From Chrysomallon squamiferum (Eukaryota > Animalia > Mollusca): 64,000 nucleotides of DNA. Position numbers and translations under genes: made by a program. Of this stretch, positions 13,601 through 37,384 are shown piece by piece (within the stretch, counting starts at the first letter, position 1; the number at the start of each line of letters is the position of its first letter). The stretch covers positions 17,174,001-17,238,000 of the forward strand of contig CM022671.1 of assembly GCA_012295275.1 (NCBI GenBank), written 5' to 3'. The notes under the pieces were generated by a model, which was given only the letters and a program-made list of their open reading frames with translations, was not told the DNA's origin and did not search any database.

Positions 13601-13907
13601 CATCTACATCGTGTTCGCCACGTGCTGGGCGCCCTACGCCCTCATCCTCGTGGTGGACTACAACGACAGCTTCGCGCACGCCCCTCACCTGTACATCGTC
13701 GTCTGGGCGCACATGCATCCTTCTCTCAACTGGCTCGTGTATTATTTTACGAATATGAAGTTCCAGCGTGCCTTCAACAGTATTTTGTGCATCAACAGCT
13801 GTCGCAGTCGCGTGGACAACGAAGAGCCGCATACGCAGATAACCAGGAGCTCCATCCACGGGGAGGAAAATAATATAGAGATTACAAAACACAGAGCAGA
13901 AATGTGA
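9835..13907 (+). CDS. Class A (rhodopsin-like) GPCR, melatonin-receptor-like, ~346 aa; exons 9835-10078 and 13111-13907
   Basis: Exon 1 encodes TM1 (GTFGNILIL) and TM2 (FIVNLACSDL) and ends ACA G|gtagaa (phase 1). The acceptor ttcttgtag|CT at 13110 restores the frame (SITAKLEG). TM3 ends 'LSFNRFIYICH' (NRY/CxICH-type signature of melatonin receptors instead of DRY). ECL2 Cys (SLECIW), TM6 'CWAP', TM7 'HPSLNWLVYY'; stop TGA at 13905-13907. Confidence 0.9.
10073..10320 (+). repeat. Three ~83-94 bp tandem copies that include the GPCR exon-1 donor site
   Basis: 'tcacaggtagaatt(t/a)aatc...cagttataaatta...aaacg..tctgtattt' occurs three times; GT donors at 10079, 10173 and 10256. Confidence 0.9.
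10551..10629. repeat. (CA)n microsatellite
   Basis: Long pure CA run in the GPCR intron. Confidence 0.95.
11050..11260. repeat. (ATCT)n-rich tract with an internal direct duplication
   Basis: 'tatctatctatctacctatctatctatcagtctctgtgtatcaactatctatct' is present twice. Confidence 0.85.
11268..11860. repeat. Degenerate ~40-bp minisatellite (more than 10 units) in the GPCR intron
   Basis: Consensus approximately 'ttacagaaatcactatgtttaaagtcgagttatatattacg', repeated head to tail. Confidence 0.85.
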
Positions 13908-14638
13908 ACAGGATACAAAAAAAAAAAAAAAAAAAATCACACACACACACACACACACACGCACGAAGGTACACACAGATGCACATACAATATACAGGTA
14001 TAAACATCGCAACACACCACAAGAATGAGAATTGGACATAGATCTGAAGAAACAAGACGTCCCTGTTTAAATGTCAGTACGTATGTAAATAAGTCACAGA
14101 TTTCGCAGCTAATAAAAATATAAATGCTGCTAAAGTGTTCGTTGGAATGTGAACTGGCAGAGATGAAAAGAAAAAATGAACAGTTTATTGAAAAGCTAAT
14201 TTTGTGAATATAAGATACAACAGATACTATTACAGATGATAAAAGGAAACAAACGGAATATAACGGAAATGAGATACAGACGTAATTTTGTCATTTCAGG
14301 ATATTATGGAACAGCGTATAAACAACAATGCATTTTATAAATAAAATTCTCTGCAATAAATATTTTGTTTATGTAAATATTGTTTAAATAATTATATTAA
14401 ATGTGCTAATTAAATGATATGAATGTATTTATTAATTTGAATTTGTACATAATCATCGGTAATTAATAGATTAAATAAACATAAATAAATGTCATTTTAT
14501 GGTTTTCTCTTCATGATCTTAATGACATTTTTGTTATTTATTTATTTTTTCTGTTTTACGCTATAAATACATTTTTTTATTTTTAAATAATAATAATAAT
14601 AATGATAATAATAATAATAAAAAAAAAGAACAAAAAAC

Positions 14639-14641
<3 letters not shown>

Positions 14642-14737
<96 letters not shown>

Positions 14738-14745
14738 CACACACA
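14642..14745. repeat. Compound (CT)n(AT)n(AC)n microsatellite
   Basis: Directly visible. Confidence 0.95.
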
Positions 14746-16633
14746 AAAGAATGTGGCATTGATAATAAAACAACAACTACTACAACGACAGATATTAATA
14801 ATTTGACAACAGGTGCTACATCAGTACTAAATTAATTAGCGACGAAGATTACAGTGCTGGATAAAGATAATGTTAGTAATCACAATTATCTCTGTAGTTT
14901 TAATAACGCTGTTGTCGACGTTGATCTTCACGTTAATTATGATGGCGTGAGAGACACAACTGCTGTAGCAAGATATATGCTTCCAGTGACCTTAGGTGAT
15001 GATGGTGTTATTAAAATTATAGACGTATTTTTAAAGTGCTTTGCGGACCACATCAGCGCGTGATATTTAATTGTTAGGAGTAAATGATAAATTTCTTTTA
15101 AGATAATTAAAACGCTAAGGACGCAACAAAGAAAGAAGAAACCAAAGGTTTAAAGGTTAATAGGAATATATTTTTAAAAATTATTTCTGCATTTGTGGTA
15201 GATTGCATCTTTTATTTATAACTACTGGTTTCAGTTACCGTTTTATGTAACAAGCACAAAAACAACAACAACAAAAAAGATAGTATATTTTAACAGATTT
15301 CGTCTTCTCGTTATTTCGACTGTTTTATTGTTTTGTGTATGTGTGTAATATATTTTATTTTTTATATCAGAACAGTTTATAAATGCCACACACCTGAAGT
15401 ACATTATTTATTTTCAGAAAGATCTTTTTTTTTATTTTTTTATTTCAAGGTTTTACGATTTGGAAAGATCTAAAATCCAAATCGGGTTATCTTCGTGTTC
15501 AAGCAACCATTATACGTATTATAAAACAAGTTAAAATGCGTTCAGTAGAACAACACATCATAATTCTGGGTGAAAATGAACTTGAAGTCACTCGTCAGGA
15601 AGGTATATTTTTCAAGCGAGTACGTTTCTTTACAAAGAAAACATAATTTTCGTCATTTGTTACTGAAGTTCTATTTACAAGTAAATGTCGGGGGAAAAAG
15701 ACAACAAATCCAACGCTAAGTTAATTAAGTCCTTCTGGTACATTTATAATGAAATCTTCTTTACCTTATTACACGAGTTTGTGAATGATATTTACTTTGG
15801 CATCAAAATCAATATTGGCTTAGCTTTTATAAACATATGTTTTAATCTGGAATGAAAAAAAAAAAGAACTCGAAGGTATCTCGTTCTGTAAGTATTTATT
15901 TTTATTTCATTTATGTTCTTTATATGTCGTCATCTCATTTGGTTGATAAAATGTATTGTAGAACATTAGGTGCAAATAAAATGTTTGAAAAAAATATATC
16001 ACCTCTCTTTGTGATATTTCAGAAATGATGAAGTTGTTTCGTTAAGTTTAATCTGGAGCTGTCAGTCTGAAACATTTCAATCTGAACCGTAACAATACTC
16101 CTTGACGAAGCAGCCACAATACTAGTGGACATTTTCCCGTTCTAGAAAATATCTCTGTATTATCAAAAGTCACGGCTTCCTGTGATGCTCATAAAAGGCA
16201 ACTTGCAGCTAATGGCAAAAGAATAACCGATGCAGTGTGGGCAGAGGATTAAAAACTTTCATGTTACAAATACGAATTAGAAAAACATGAATTTATTATA
16301 ATTAAAGATGAAAACCTAACATTTAAAGAAAGCAGAAAATGTCCATGAAATGTATTATGGTGTCTTATTTTTCATTGTTTGTCGAAGTAATCATAGATGA
16401 CATTCACTTCTTTCTCTGTAGCCAAACATCTGGTGATATTAATCTTTTCTGAGTGGAAATTTTGTTTTCTGTAATCAGTCATTATTTGTTATTAACATTC
16501 TCATTACTAAAAATCTGATTACGACTAATGACTTCTTCCTGTTAGACGACACTAGACGTAATATAAGATACAACGGTTATCAAGGTTATTATTTCATCCG
16601 CCAGAAGTAATTTGTTTTCTAAAAAGTAAGAGC

Positions 16634-16672
<39 letters not shown>

Positions 16673-16855
16673 ATTTTAATGTGCATTTTCAAATACTTGC
16701 AAATTCTTACTTTTCTCTATAAATACAGGGTTAAACAGTCATTATAATTTTAATTTTATTATGTGTTTAAATTAATTTGTTACGAAAGTTCTCTTTTTAT
16801 CTTTATCGCTTTCTGTGTGTGTCTCACTCTATCTTTTTGTCTTTCTGACAGTCTG

Positions 16856-16957
<102 letters not shown>

Positions 16958-17619
16958 GCGTTTTTCATTTCTTCCATATTATGTAATATTAAACAAACTT
17001 CACTTTAAATTATAAAGATATGTTCCCGGTCCTCTCATTGTCTTATATACACCGTTTACTAATACCAGCACTTCTCATATCTTATTATACATCTGGATGT
17101 TAATCATGAACAAATTTTATGAATGACAATATATCTGCTGTAATATATTAGTTAAAAGAATAATAATAATAATAATAATAAATTAAAAATAAAATAAAAT
17201 AAATAAATAAATAAATAATAATGATGATGATGATGATAATAATAATAATAATAAAATCCCCCAAACTAAAGATAAAATCATAAACAGAAATAAATAGAAG
17301 AGAATATGAAAAACTAATTACATGACGATGCAGCTGAGAAAATCTTCATACTGTTAATTCTTGTATAATTAGCAATAAGAGAAAAAAAAAAAAAAAAAGA
17401 AGAAAAAAGACTGAAGACCGAGACAAAAACGAGAAAAACAAATGGAAATGTTCTTCGTCATTATGTTAGTTAAGTAATTATTGTACGTTATTATTTTGCC
17501 AAAGACCTGTTATCATATTGGTAGATAATTCACGTGTTTTTGTACAAACGTCTCCGACCGAAGTTCAAGAACCTGTCTGCAAAATCTCCTTAAAGATTGA
17601 TTAGTCTGCGTGGCTGTTT

Positions 17620-17672
17620 ATTGTCATTGTGATTATCATCATCATTATCACTATCATCATCATCATCACTCT

Positions 17673-17721
<49 letters not shown>

Positions 17722-17990
17722 TATCAGCATAATCCTCATAATCATCATCATTATTATTGCTGTTGTTGTTGTCGTCGTTGTTGACGTTGTTGTCATCATC
17801 ATCTTTATTATCGTGATTATGATTATGATCACGATTATTATGATTATGATTATTATTGTTGTTGCTACTGCTGCTGCCGTTGTTATTGTTATCATTGTTA
17901 TCATCATAATTATTATTATTATTATTGTTGTTGTTGTTGTTGTTACTGCTGTTGCTGCTGAGGTCGTTGTCGTTGGTTGTGATAGTGATT
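17620..17990. repeat. Trinucleotide mosaic (ATC/AAT/TTG/ATT)
   Basis: Alternating short trinucleotide runs; the source of spurious ORFs. Confidence 0.9.
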
Positions 17991-18270
17991 AATCTGGTGC
18001 TGGTATAGTCCAGTAAATAAACACAATTAAGTATAATATATAATATATAAGAAATAACTGAGATAAAGCTGGGAGATATAAAACCTCTATATCCGTTCTT
18101 CTTTATCTCGCCTAACATTCTAACATGTTGTTTAATACACTGACACTGCACTAAAATATGTTTCATATGAATTATATTTTTTAAATGTTGCTTTTGTGTC
18201 TTTTAAAATGTATAATTATATCTGTGTGCGTATGTATGTGTGTATATGTATATATGTATATGTGTATATG

Positions 18271-18310
<40 letters not shown>

Positions 18311-19199
18311 CAAATTTTATAATGAAATTTATATTAAGTGTTTATTCTTTTCATCCTTTCAGAACTGAGTTTTATTTTTGTCCTTATATGTACAAACTTA
18401 ATGCACTCTGTTACAGCCAGAATGTAGGACAAAGTGTAATAATCTTTTAACGCTTCAGCGATTTAATTAAAATTTATGAATGCATTTGACTGCCATAACC
18501 AAAATGCAGTTTTTTTGTGGTGTCGTGTCTTCGTGTAAGATCTGTGGGCACAGAAGAGTTTTATTGTTAAATTTTATGTGCACAGGAAGAACAAGACAAT
18601 CTACTACAATACTGCTGTTGAATGAAATACCGCGACCACTCACTGGTGAGAATTCAAAGGGGTGCAGTTCTTGTAATGATAAGTGCAGAGACTATGCAAT
18701 TATTATTCAGCTATACGCACTATAATTATTTCCAAAAAAAACCCCCAGTATGGACGGATCTTGCCACTTTTATTCTGTTAAATGCCTTTGAAACGGTCGG
18801 ATCAGAAAGATAATAGAGCTGCGATTCTTGAAAATATCACGTGTCGTGATAAATTTAAAACAGTTTCTTTGGAACGTTGGTGAACAAACGTCTCCAGCAG
18901 AGTGTTTATAAACGTCTCTCTGTAACTAAAACCTCTCACAAACAAACAGTTAACAAAACTCCTAGACAACAACCGGGACTGATGGGCTGGTCGTCATACT
19001 TAGAAGTCGTCTGATAAACTGATATATTATCCTTTAAAAACTATACCGATTCGATTTATTGAAAAATAGCACCCCACGTCGGACAACAAAATATTTATCT
19101 AAACAGAAAGGAAATTAAAAATAAATAAATAAACAAAAAGAAATAAAAATAGCAGTATTTTATCCTGACAAAGTTAAACTTATTTATCAAATCAGTCTG

Positions 19200-19890
19200 G
19201 GAAATTTAACTGCAGATCAATAGAACAGGTTAAAGAAAGCTTAGTGTTTAAATCTTTCTTTTTCTCACTGTACAGTTATAGCTAGGGTAGTTCATTCGTA
19301 ACAAATAACACAACTACACTGTAAACTTGTATTTATATATGTTTATCCATTCAGGTTTTATTTCTATCGATCTCTGAAATATCTTTGTAAATAAAGAGAT
19401 CAAGTCTTTTTATTAAAGTGTATTAATAGGTACATGTAACATTTTGTAATACGTTAAAAAGGTTCATTATATTTTTATACACCTGTATCTATTCAGTTTA
19501 TCTAGATCGCTGAAATTTATTGGCAATTAATTATAATAGGTTAAAGAAGGTGAAGTCATTGAATGTTTAATAGAGCTATACAGTAATAGCTAGAGTAGAA
19601 TATTTGATAATAATTACGTCAAAAAAAACGTTCACTGTAGATTTTTATTTATGCATCTTTGTTATTCAGTTCATTTCGAGCACGGGAATTTATTAGCAAA
19701 TAATAAGAATAGGTTAAAGAAGGTTAAGTCTTTGAAGCGTTTTTTTTTATTATTGTTATAACTAATAGCTATGTTAATATTTAAAGCAAGCTCACTATTT
19801 TTAATAACAGTTTGTATAATTATCGATTCGGTTTACATCGATCTCTGACATTTACAGAAAAATAATTAACGTCGGTTAAAGGAGGACATT
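19200..19890. repeat. Degenerate tandem repeat of roughly 150-190 bp units
   Basis: Recurring 'attcag(g)tttat.t..atcg.tctctgaaattta' followed by 'aataggttaaagaaggt.aagtc.ttgaa'. Confidence 0.6.
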
Positions 19891-20089
19891 GTGTTAATGG
19901 CTAGCTACATGTTGTAGTGGACAACAGCCTGCTTCATTTAACAATGATGACCAGCTGCTGCTTGCTTTAATGTCAAGTTCTGAGAGCAAAGTGTCTGTTG
20001 AGTCTAAGCTGTATATTGATATATACTAGTTCTTGGGATTTATTTATATTTATTTATTTATTTCATTTATTTATTTCATTTCATTTCAT

Positions 20090-20120
<31 letters not shown>

Positions 20121-20435
20121 TTTTATTTTATTTATTTATTTTTTTTTTATTTTATTTTATTTTATTTTATTTTATTAACTTAAATTAATTTTATTTAATT
20201 TTATTTCATTTTATTCATTCATCATTTTAGTTTATTTTAGTTTATTTATGTAAAACATGACACAGGACAGTCTGTAAGGTTTACATAAAAATACTCGCAT
20301 AATCAGTCTAACAAGTAATACCTGAATTGTCGGTTCAAATAATAATAACAAACAGAAAGGCTTTACAAAGATTCGACAAGAAATTACATGCCTGAAGTTT
20401 ATAACACAGCATGCACAAATAGTTGTCGATATATA

Positions 20436-21847
20436 CACTGAACCAAAAAAGTTCAACAATTTTTTGTCAGTGACTGTCGCTTCCAAATGAATTAAAATAA
20501 AGAGATAAAAACTTGGTAATGTGTTAGCTGCATACGACTTTTCGCTTTGGGTAATGAAAAGAACACCATTTGTCATATGCCCGCCGCTATGTGTACTGCA
20601 CGAGCAAATACGTTTTGATGCACTGAACCAGCATTATCCTGTTATAATGGGTCGACGTCCAGGCTTAACAGAAAATAAAGCAACGGAACGGCTTAATGCC
20701 GGCCAACGCGTACGCGACGTCGCTCAATTCTTTCGTGTTCATGACAGTGCCGTACCACGACTCCGACAACTCGTACACCAAACTGGGAAAGTGAAAGATC
20801 GACCACTTCCTGGTAGACCACGATTAGCTACTCCAAGGGAAGATAGGTTATATATGAGTGACGTCATCTCGATCTCACAGATTCGAGAGTGCTCTACGTT
20901 TAGCCCGTACTTTTTGCAGCAAACCACGTGCACTAGAATTCATGCTGAGACTGTCCGTAGCCGTCTCCATGCTGCTGGATTACAAGCACGTCGCTCACGT
21001 CGCTCTGACAGCGCGTCACATTCAGGAACGTCTGAGTTGGGCCAGAATACACAAAACCAACACTGGCGACGCAGACAGTAGGTACAGACATTAGTCACAG
21101 GCGAATTCAGGTTTTGTGTTCAGTTTGCGGATTGTAGACGTCATGCATGGAGGCGATGGGGAGAACGATATGATGCAGACGTCATTAAGCTTGACCGATA
21201 CGGCGGTGGCAGCTTCATGGTCTGGGCCGACATTGATGGTGGAAGTAAAAACAGTTCTCGTTTTCATTCACGGAAACATGACTGCTGAACGTTACTGCGA
21301 AGAGATCATTACACCAGTGGTCGTTCCATTCCTGCAGCAGCATCTTGGTTTCTGTTTCAACACGACAACGCCAGACCACATACCGCGAGGCCAACCACTA
21401 ATCTTCTTGAGCGGAACCACACCCAAGTGTTGAACTGGCCACCAAATTCTTCTGACTTGTCCCCAGTTGAACATGCTACTGGGCCGTAAACCATCCTCTT
21501 ATCCTTAATGTTCATAACCTACAAATCGCTCTGAACCGGGAATGGAAAGCAAATTACTGTTCCTGAGATTAATACTCTCATTAGAAGCATGAGACAACGA
21601 TGTACTTCTGTCATCAATGCTGCTGGTGTACACACACAGATTATTGAGCCTCTCTCACCATTTTGGTCGATGCACCCCTCCATTTCATCAGTTGACATTA
21701 AAGTAACGACGTTGACACCGTGATACTGCTGGCTACATTAAGAAATGCTGTATCAATGAAATAATGAGTACAAATATATTCAACATCCTATGAGGTTGTC
21801 TGTATTTCAAATCCTCTACGTGACTGCTAAACTTATTTGGCGCAGTA
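20436..21847 (+). mobile_element. Decayed Tc1-like (DD34E) DNA transposon, ~1.4 kb
   Basis: TA|CACTGAACCAAAAAAGTTCAACA at the left and its degenerate inverse (rc TACTGCGCCAAATAAGTTTAGCA)|TA at the right. Transposase remnants: HTH region with 'GRPR' (DRPLPGRPRLATPREDR), 'GNMTAERYCEEII', and 'FQHDNARPH...WPPNSSDLSPVEH' with 34 residues between D and E. Confidence 0.92.
20647..21645 (+). pseudogene. Frameshifted Tc1 transposase pseudogene
   Basis: Transposase motifs are spread over several frames (ORFs 20521, 20858, 21116 and unlisted frames). The first catalytic Asp position reads 'TGEFRF' instead of 'SDESRF'. Confidence 0.88.
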
Positions 21848-23362
21848 TATATCTGTGTCAGATCGCACCATCCAGTTTGCCAAGAACTAAGCAAACACTT
21901 TAGTGGACACAACGACTTACCACTCTTATTTTCTGCACCGTCTTCAGGTATATAATTATGTTAAATAACAGTAAATTAAAAATAATGGGAGCATTTCTAA
22001 ATAAATCTTTTTTTTTTTTTTCCTTTCTTTTCTTCGTACTGAATTATCGTACAGAGTGAATCAGCTGATTACTATCCAAGGAAATTTGTGACAGATATGA
22101 AGCGCTTCGCAAAATTAGTAATGATAGTAATAGTTAAATGCTTAAATATACACACTTAATAATCGGTAACAGTCCATAGTATTACATTACGTTTTAACAA
22201 CAGTTGTTAGTTACGTAATTATTGAATTTAAAATTATATTTTTCTTTATTGAAAAGTGTGCCATCAAAAATCCTATAAAAACAAATAAATAAAAAATATT
22301 AAAAATTATCAGATTATATATTGCAAATAGCAAACGATTATGATGGAAAATATAATTTATAATTAATGCATTAGTAAATAAGGAAGGAAAAGAGACGTAA
22401 GAATTCGTGTGATAGAAACGAATGGAGTTTATGTTTACAGAGAAAGATCATTTACAGGGTTTTTTTTTTTTCTTCTTTTTCTTTCTTTAAAGTAAGTCTG
22501 TTATAAGTTGTCAGAAGATTTATTCATTCACTTTTTATTTTAACCTTTTTTTTTTTTGTAAAGGTATTATCAACAGGAGTACGAACTCAGAGGAAAAGAC
22601 GCAATTTGCCGTCCCAAATTCTGGCAAAACGAGGTGGAAAAATTGTTCAAGGAAGAAGAAACTGGTAGCCGACTTGTGTTTTTATCTACGTAAAATCAAC
22701 CCGTTTCTTCAGCTTGGCCATACGTTACTGGTAAATCACCCCAGTGCTAGTAGTAATATGATCTTGAATGGGTAAACTTTAAGAGAGGGTTTTTCTGTCT
22801 TGTAGTTTTTACTGTTTTAACAATATATAATTAAAATTAAAATATATATATAAAAATATTTTTTTGTATCTAAAACTTTAAAAATATGTTGCTTTTGTTA
22901 TTTAGTTATTATTTGTTTGTTTGTGAAAAAGTGTCGGCCCACATATGACGACATCTTTTTTGTTGATACATACCTGTGTGTGCGTGTGCGTGCGTGTGTG
23001 TGTGTGTGTGTGTGTGCTTAAGGCTACTGTTTTATTGACAAAACAAAACAAAAAAAAAGTGTCCTATTTTTCGTATCACTGACTCTGATCATATATTGTT
23101 ATACTAGTAAAAAAAATCTTCGCATTGCCAGAGGTTACAGTTTTCGCGTATCTGAACCAATCGTGAAACACATCTTCATCTTAACGTCTTTATTCAAACC
23201 ACGGTTTGTTTTAAACACACGAACTGACCTGTTTTTGCCTGTGCTGAACGTAATCGACCGCATCGCTGGTTCTCGTATTGTATTGTATATACTATTTAAA
23301 TCTATCGTTAAGGAGTTTATTTGATTTTAAGCTTCGTTGAAACCCACTCCAGACGTTCTGTC

Positions 23363-33510
<10,148 letters not shown>

Positions 33511-33573
33511 TGTTTCTAGTCTGGTTTGATTTACGCAGGCTATTCAGTCTAACTGAATATTCAGGACAATATT

Positions 33574-34285
33574 GGTGCTACTTTGGCGCGTGATCTACGC
33601 CATCTAGTGATGTACACCGAGCAAATTCTACTTTGGTGTGTGATTTACGAGATTATTTTTATTATTTTGTTTATTCTTGTTTCTTTTATTGTTTTTTTTC
33701 ACGGCATAAATTTAAAAAATATATATCCTTTTATTATAAATTTATAATTTATAGGAACAAGGGCTAAAAAGTATACTTATTATTTTTCACGACATAAATG
33801 AAACAAATTTTGCGAATATCTGCTAGAAACGCAAGAAAAAAGATCTTTAGTATTGTTCCTCATCTGAAGCTAATAGAAAAAAATCAAGATGCGATTGGAA
33901 GGTTCTTTGGTTCACTCCTCTCATCTTTTTCGAAATACGAATGTTCGAATCCAACCAGGTTCTTTAAATTGTTAGAATATTTGGAATTTAGACGATTTAA
34001 ATTGGAGCATGCTGGCTGTTCGTCGGAATGAATAAAAACAATCGTGCATCTAATCAGAAATGAAGTTTGCCTGGATGTGATCATGCATCCTAAATATGTA
34101 TCATGCATTAATCTTTGAGGATTTTAAGATCTTCCTCTTATATTATAGAAATTTCATAGATATTTTTTGTTTTGCTGTAGATCGCCCTATAAGTTGTAGA
34201 TCACACGCCAAAGTAGTTTTATGACGGGTAGATCACATGCCAAAGTAGTTTCATGACGCGCATATCTCAATACCAAAGTAGCACC
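33574..34285. mobile_element. MITE-like non-autonomous DNA transposon (~712 bp) in the channel 3' region
   Basis: Terminal inverted repeat GGTGCTACTTTGG ... CCAAAGTAGCACC, flanked on both sides by CAATATT (33567-33573 and 34286-34292). Subterminal motif ctactttggYRYgtgatYtac occurs twice at the left and inverted twice at the right. Confidence 0.75.
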
Positions 34286-35860
34286 CAATATTGAATATGA
34301 ACTTGTTACTGTACCGACTGTATACAAGATACATATACACATTGCTGCAATATAAAATTAACTGATAAATGTTTCAAAGAAAATTTTATTATTATTTTAA
34401 TAATAAAATATATATATATATTGAAATCGATCGGAAGTCAAAAATAAATATTCAGAATCATTGGCAGTTTATAATAATAATAGTAATAGTAATAATAATA
34501 ATAATAATGATAATGGTATTACTGGTACGACTACTACTACTACTACTACTACTGTTATTATTAACTGTCACAATATAAATCAGCAACATTTTTATTTTTT
34601 TATTTCCAGTCAATCGCAATAAAAATCATCATCATCATATTATTTTTACATGTGTATGTGAGCTACGCTTTGTGTCACTTATAGCCTGACATTTCTGGGT
34701 AATTTTATTCCTGGTGCATCTGCTACTTTCCTACCATTCCACACAACACGGCAACAACATTTAATTTACAATGGACACTGAAAGGTAGGGGAGACTGCAA
34801 GTTAATTATCAGCTCTTCAAAAATGACTATTGTCTACAAAGGTGTGGTTATATCTCCAACTTTCAGAACAACTTATCTGTTGCATCATTACCATGTATTT
34901 TACTGTTGTATTCATAAATATCATATTATTTGCAATATCACATATTGAAATAAAATATGTATATGAACTTGTTTTTTTTTGTGTGTGTGTGTGTTTTTTC
35001 TACTTTTCTGTGAATGAATGTGTGAATAAGCTCAGTAGTGATCTCAAGAAAAACAGAAATAAATCAGCCTATGTTGTGGAACTAATTTTTATTACATTAT
35101 TTTATAATAAAAACAACACATTCAATATCTGTAACAATCTCTTTTCTAATTATTTTTCTTAAACATTTTTTTTTTTTTGATAAAAATTATTTTCTCTAAA
35201 ACTGTTTAGACCTTTAACAATGAATATTCATGAGTTCTGAAATTCAAAATAATCAGTTGGAACAATTCAAAAACAGTATTTAGGTATTTGTACATAGATT
35301 TATTCAACTATGCAAGTGCAATTCTATATCTGTAGCTATATCTATAGCTATCTATCGATATGCAGAAGTTACATGTGAAACAGAATCATTTGATGAAACA
35401 TCACTTGCTGAAACACCACCTACTGAAAAACACCAAAAATTTATTCCAAACAAATATTTGTTGCCCCTATGACATATGAATGAATATTTAAAGAATGTCA
35501 TCACTAAGCAATAAAGAGCACTAACTGTACTGTAAGAAAAAACATTTTTTTTTTTATAAACAAAACTTCTCATATTTCTTATCATAGAGGTTACACTTTT
35601 AACCTTTTCACTACCAAGAAGCTAAATGGAATATGTCAACATATCAGACAAAAATTTACATTATGATGAAAAAGATGATATCCAGGTATCATAATGGGCA
35701 ATTGGAAATGGAAATACAATACTTTTAAATTTTGATGTAGAGAAAAATCTAAATAATTAAAAATACTATGATGCTTATAATAACCAAATTCAATTTTGTG
35801 TCTGAATTATTTATTCCATTGCTCTGAAAACCGCATATTATTCTTGATTGGGGCAAATAG

Positions 35861-35990
35861 AAATTATCCAAAAAAACAACTTAATAAAATTTAGGGTTCA
35901 AATTATTTATTCCAATGCTTAAAAAATTATCCAAAAAAACTTAATTAAATTTAGGGTTCAAATTATTTATTCCAATACTTAAAAAAATGT
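35861..35990. repeat. Two-copy ~62-bp tandem duplication
   Basis: 'aaattatccaaaaaaac..cttaat.aaatttagggttcaaattatttattccaat.cttaaaaaa' occurs twice. Confidence 0.85.
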
Positions 35991-36569
35991 TCCTGTATTA
36001 AAAAAACAAGTAATGATAATATAAATCTTCTGAATTTAAAATTAAGTCTAATTTAAGGAGATATACACTGAACAATGAACACATTGTTAAACATAAAGTT
36101 ACATATAAACATAAAAGAACTGAAGATCAAAAATAACATTACAAATAATTATTATTTGTCATAAACTTGAAAATAAATGAAAATTCGTATTTTGAAGCAG
36201 ATCTTGTTTCCATGAAGACAACCTTCTTCATATTTCTCCTGGGGGTTTATTTCACAGAAATTCTAAAATAATGCCCAACAAAGTTCAGTTTACATTTACA
36301 GCCATTTTAAACAATAAAAATGAAAACAATTAATACCGGAATTTTAAATGTTACAGGTACAAGTACTGTTCATAGCATATTTATTTCTTCTGTTTCGATC
36401 ATGATTTGTAATATGATATTAAAAAAGATGGCAAGAAAAAGACTATAAACAAAAGAAGATAAAAGTAGACCTTTGGTACATGATTTTAAAACATGTAATG
36501 GTTATCACGTGAAAAATACTAACAACTGAAAAGTCTGATGTATTGTACAAACACAAATTAAACTGCTTC

Positions 36570-37352
36570 TCAAGAAGATGCTCTTCCATTTTGTACATTT
36601 CTTATGTAATCCACACTGCAGTTGTTCCACACATTTCTTTAAAAAAAAAAAAAAATAAAAAAAAAATTAAAAAGTCATGTAATTTGAAGTCTGTTCTTGA
36701 GATACATATAAAAAAAAAATAATAATTAAATAACTAGTGAATATATTTTATAGATTTCAATGTAATTACTATTTCATTATACTAAACCTTTACTAATAAT
36801 ATAGTCTGACCAATCAGCTCAGATGCAATATAATCAACCGTTTTTTTTAATATATCATTTCATATATGTAAATATATATATATATATATAAAATTAAAAT
36901 ATAACTGACTTTATTATAGTAAAAATAATGAAATTTAGAACAAAAGTATTTTTCTTAGTGCTGTTTTAATTTGTTGTCTTTAGATTAATTTTCTTATAAA
37001 TCTGTTAAAACTACTTACTTGAGTAACCTCAGATCTTCACAAGTTGTCTCAAATTCTGTTGCCTTCTTCACAGCAACTTTAATGATCTACAAAAACATTC
37101 ATAAAAATCACAAACCGATGAATATCAAAACCTCTAACACAGATGATATGTACTATCTGTCTTGTTTTTTCTAACATACAGATCTTATAAATAAAAAAAA
37201 AAAAAACAATACAAAAATAAATAAAAAAAAGTAAAAAGAAAAACATGTTGTTTAACATTTGTCCAAAATACTAAAATATTCTTCATTTTTTTACAATAAC
37301 ATCTTCCCCCCCCCCAAAAGAGGTAAATACACGAATAGCTGTGTACCTAACC

Positions 37353-37384
<32 letters not shown>

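Noticed and set aside
13175-13873. 232-aa His/Leu/Arg-rich ORF overlapping the GPCR, and antisense ORF 13581-14039
   Set aside because: Shadow frames caused by C/G-ending codons of the GPCR exon; no recognisable domain.
33798-34108. ORFs inside the MITE-like element
   Set aside because: Short, with no transposase motif that I can recognise.
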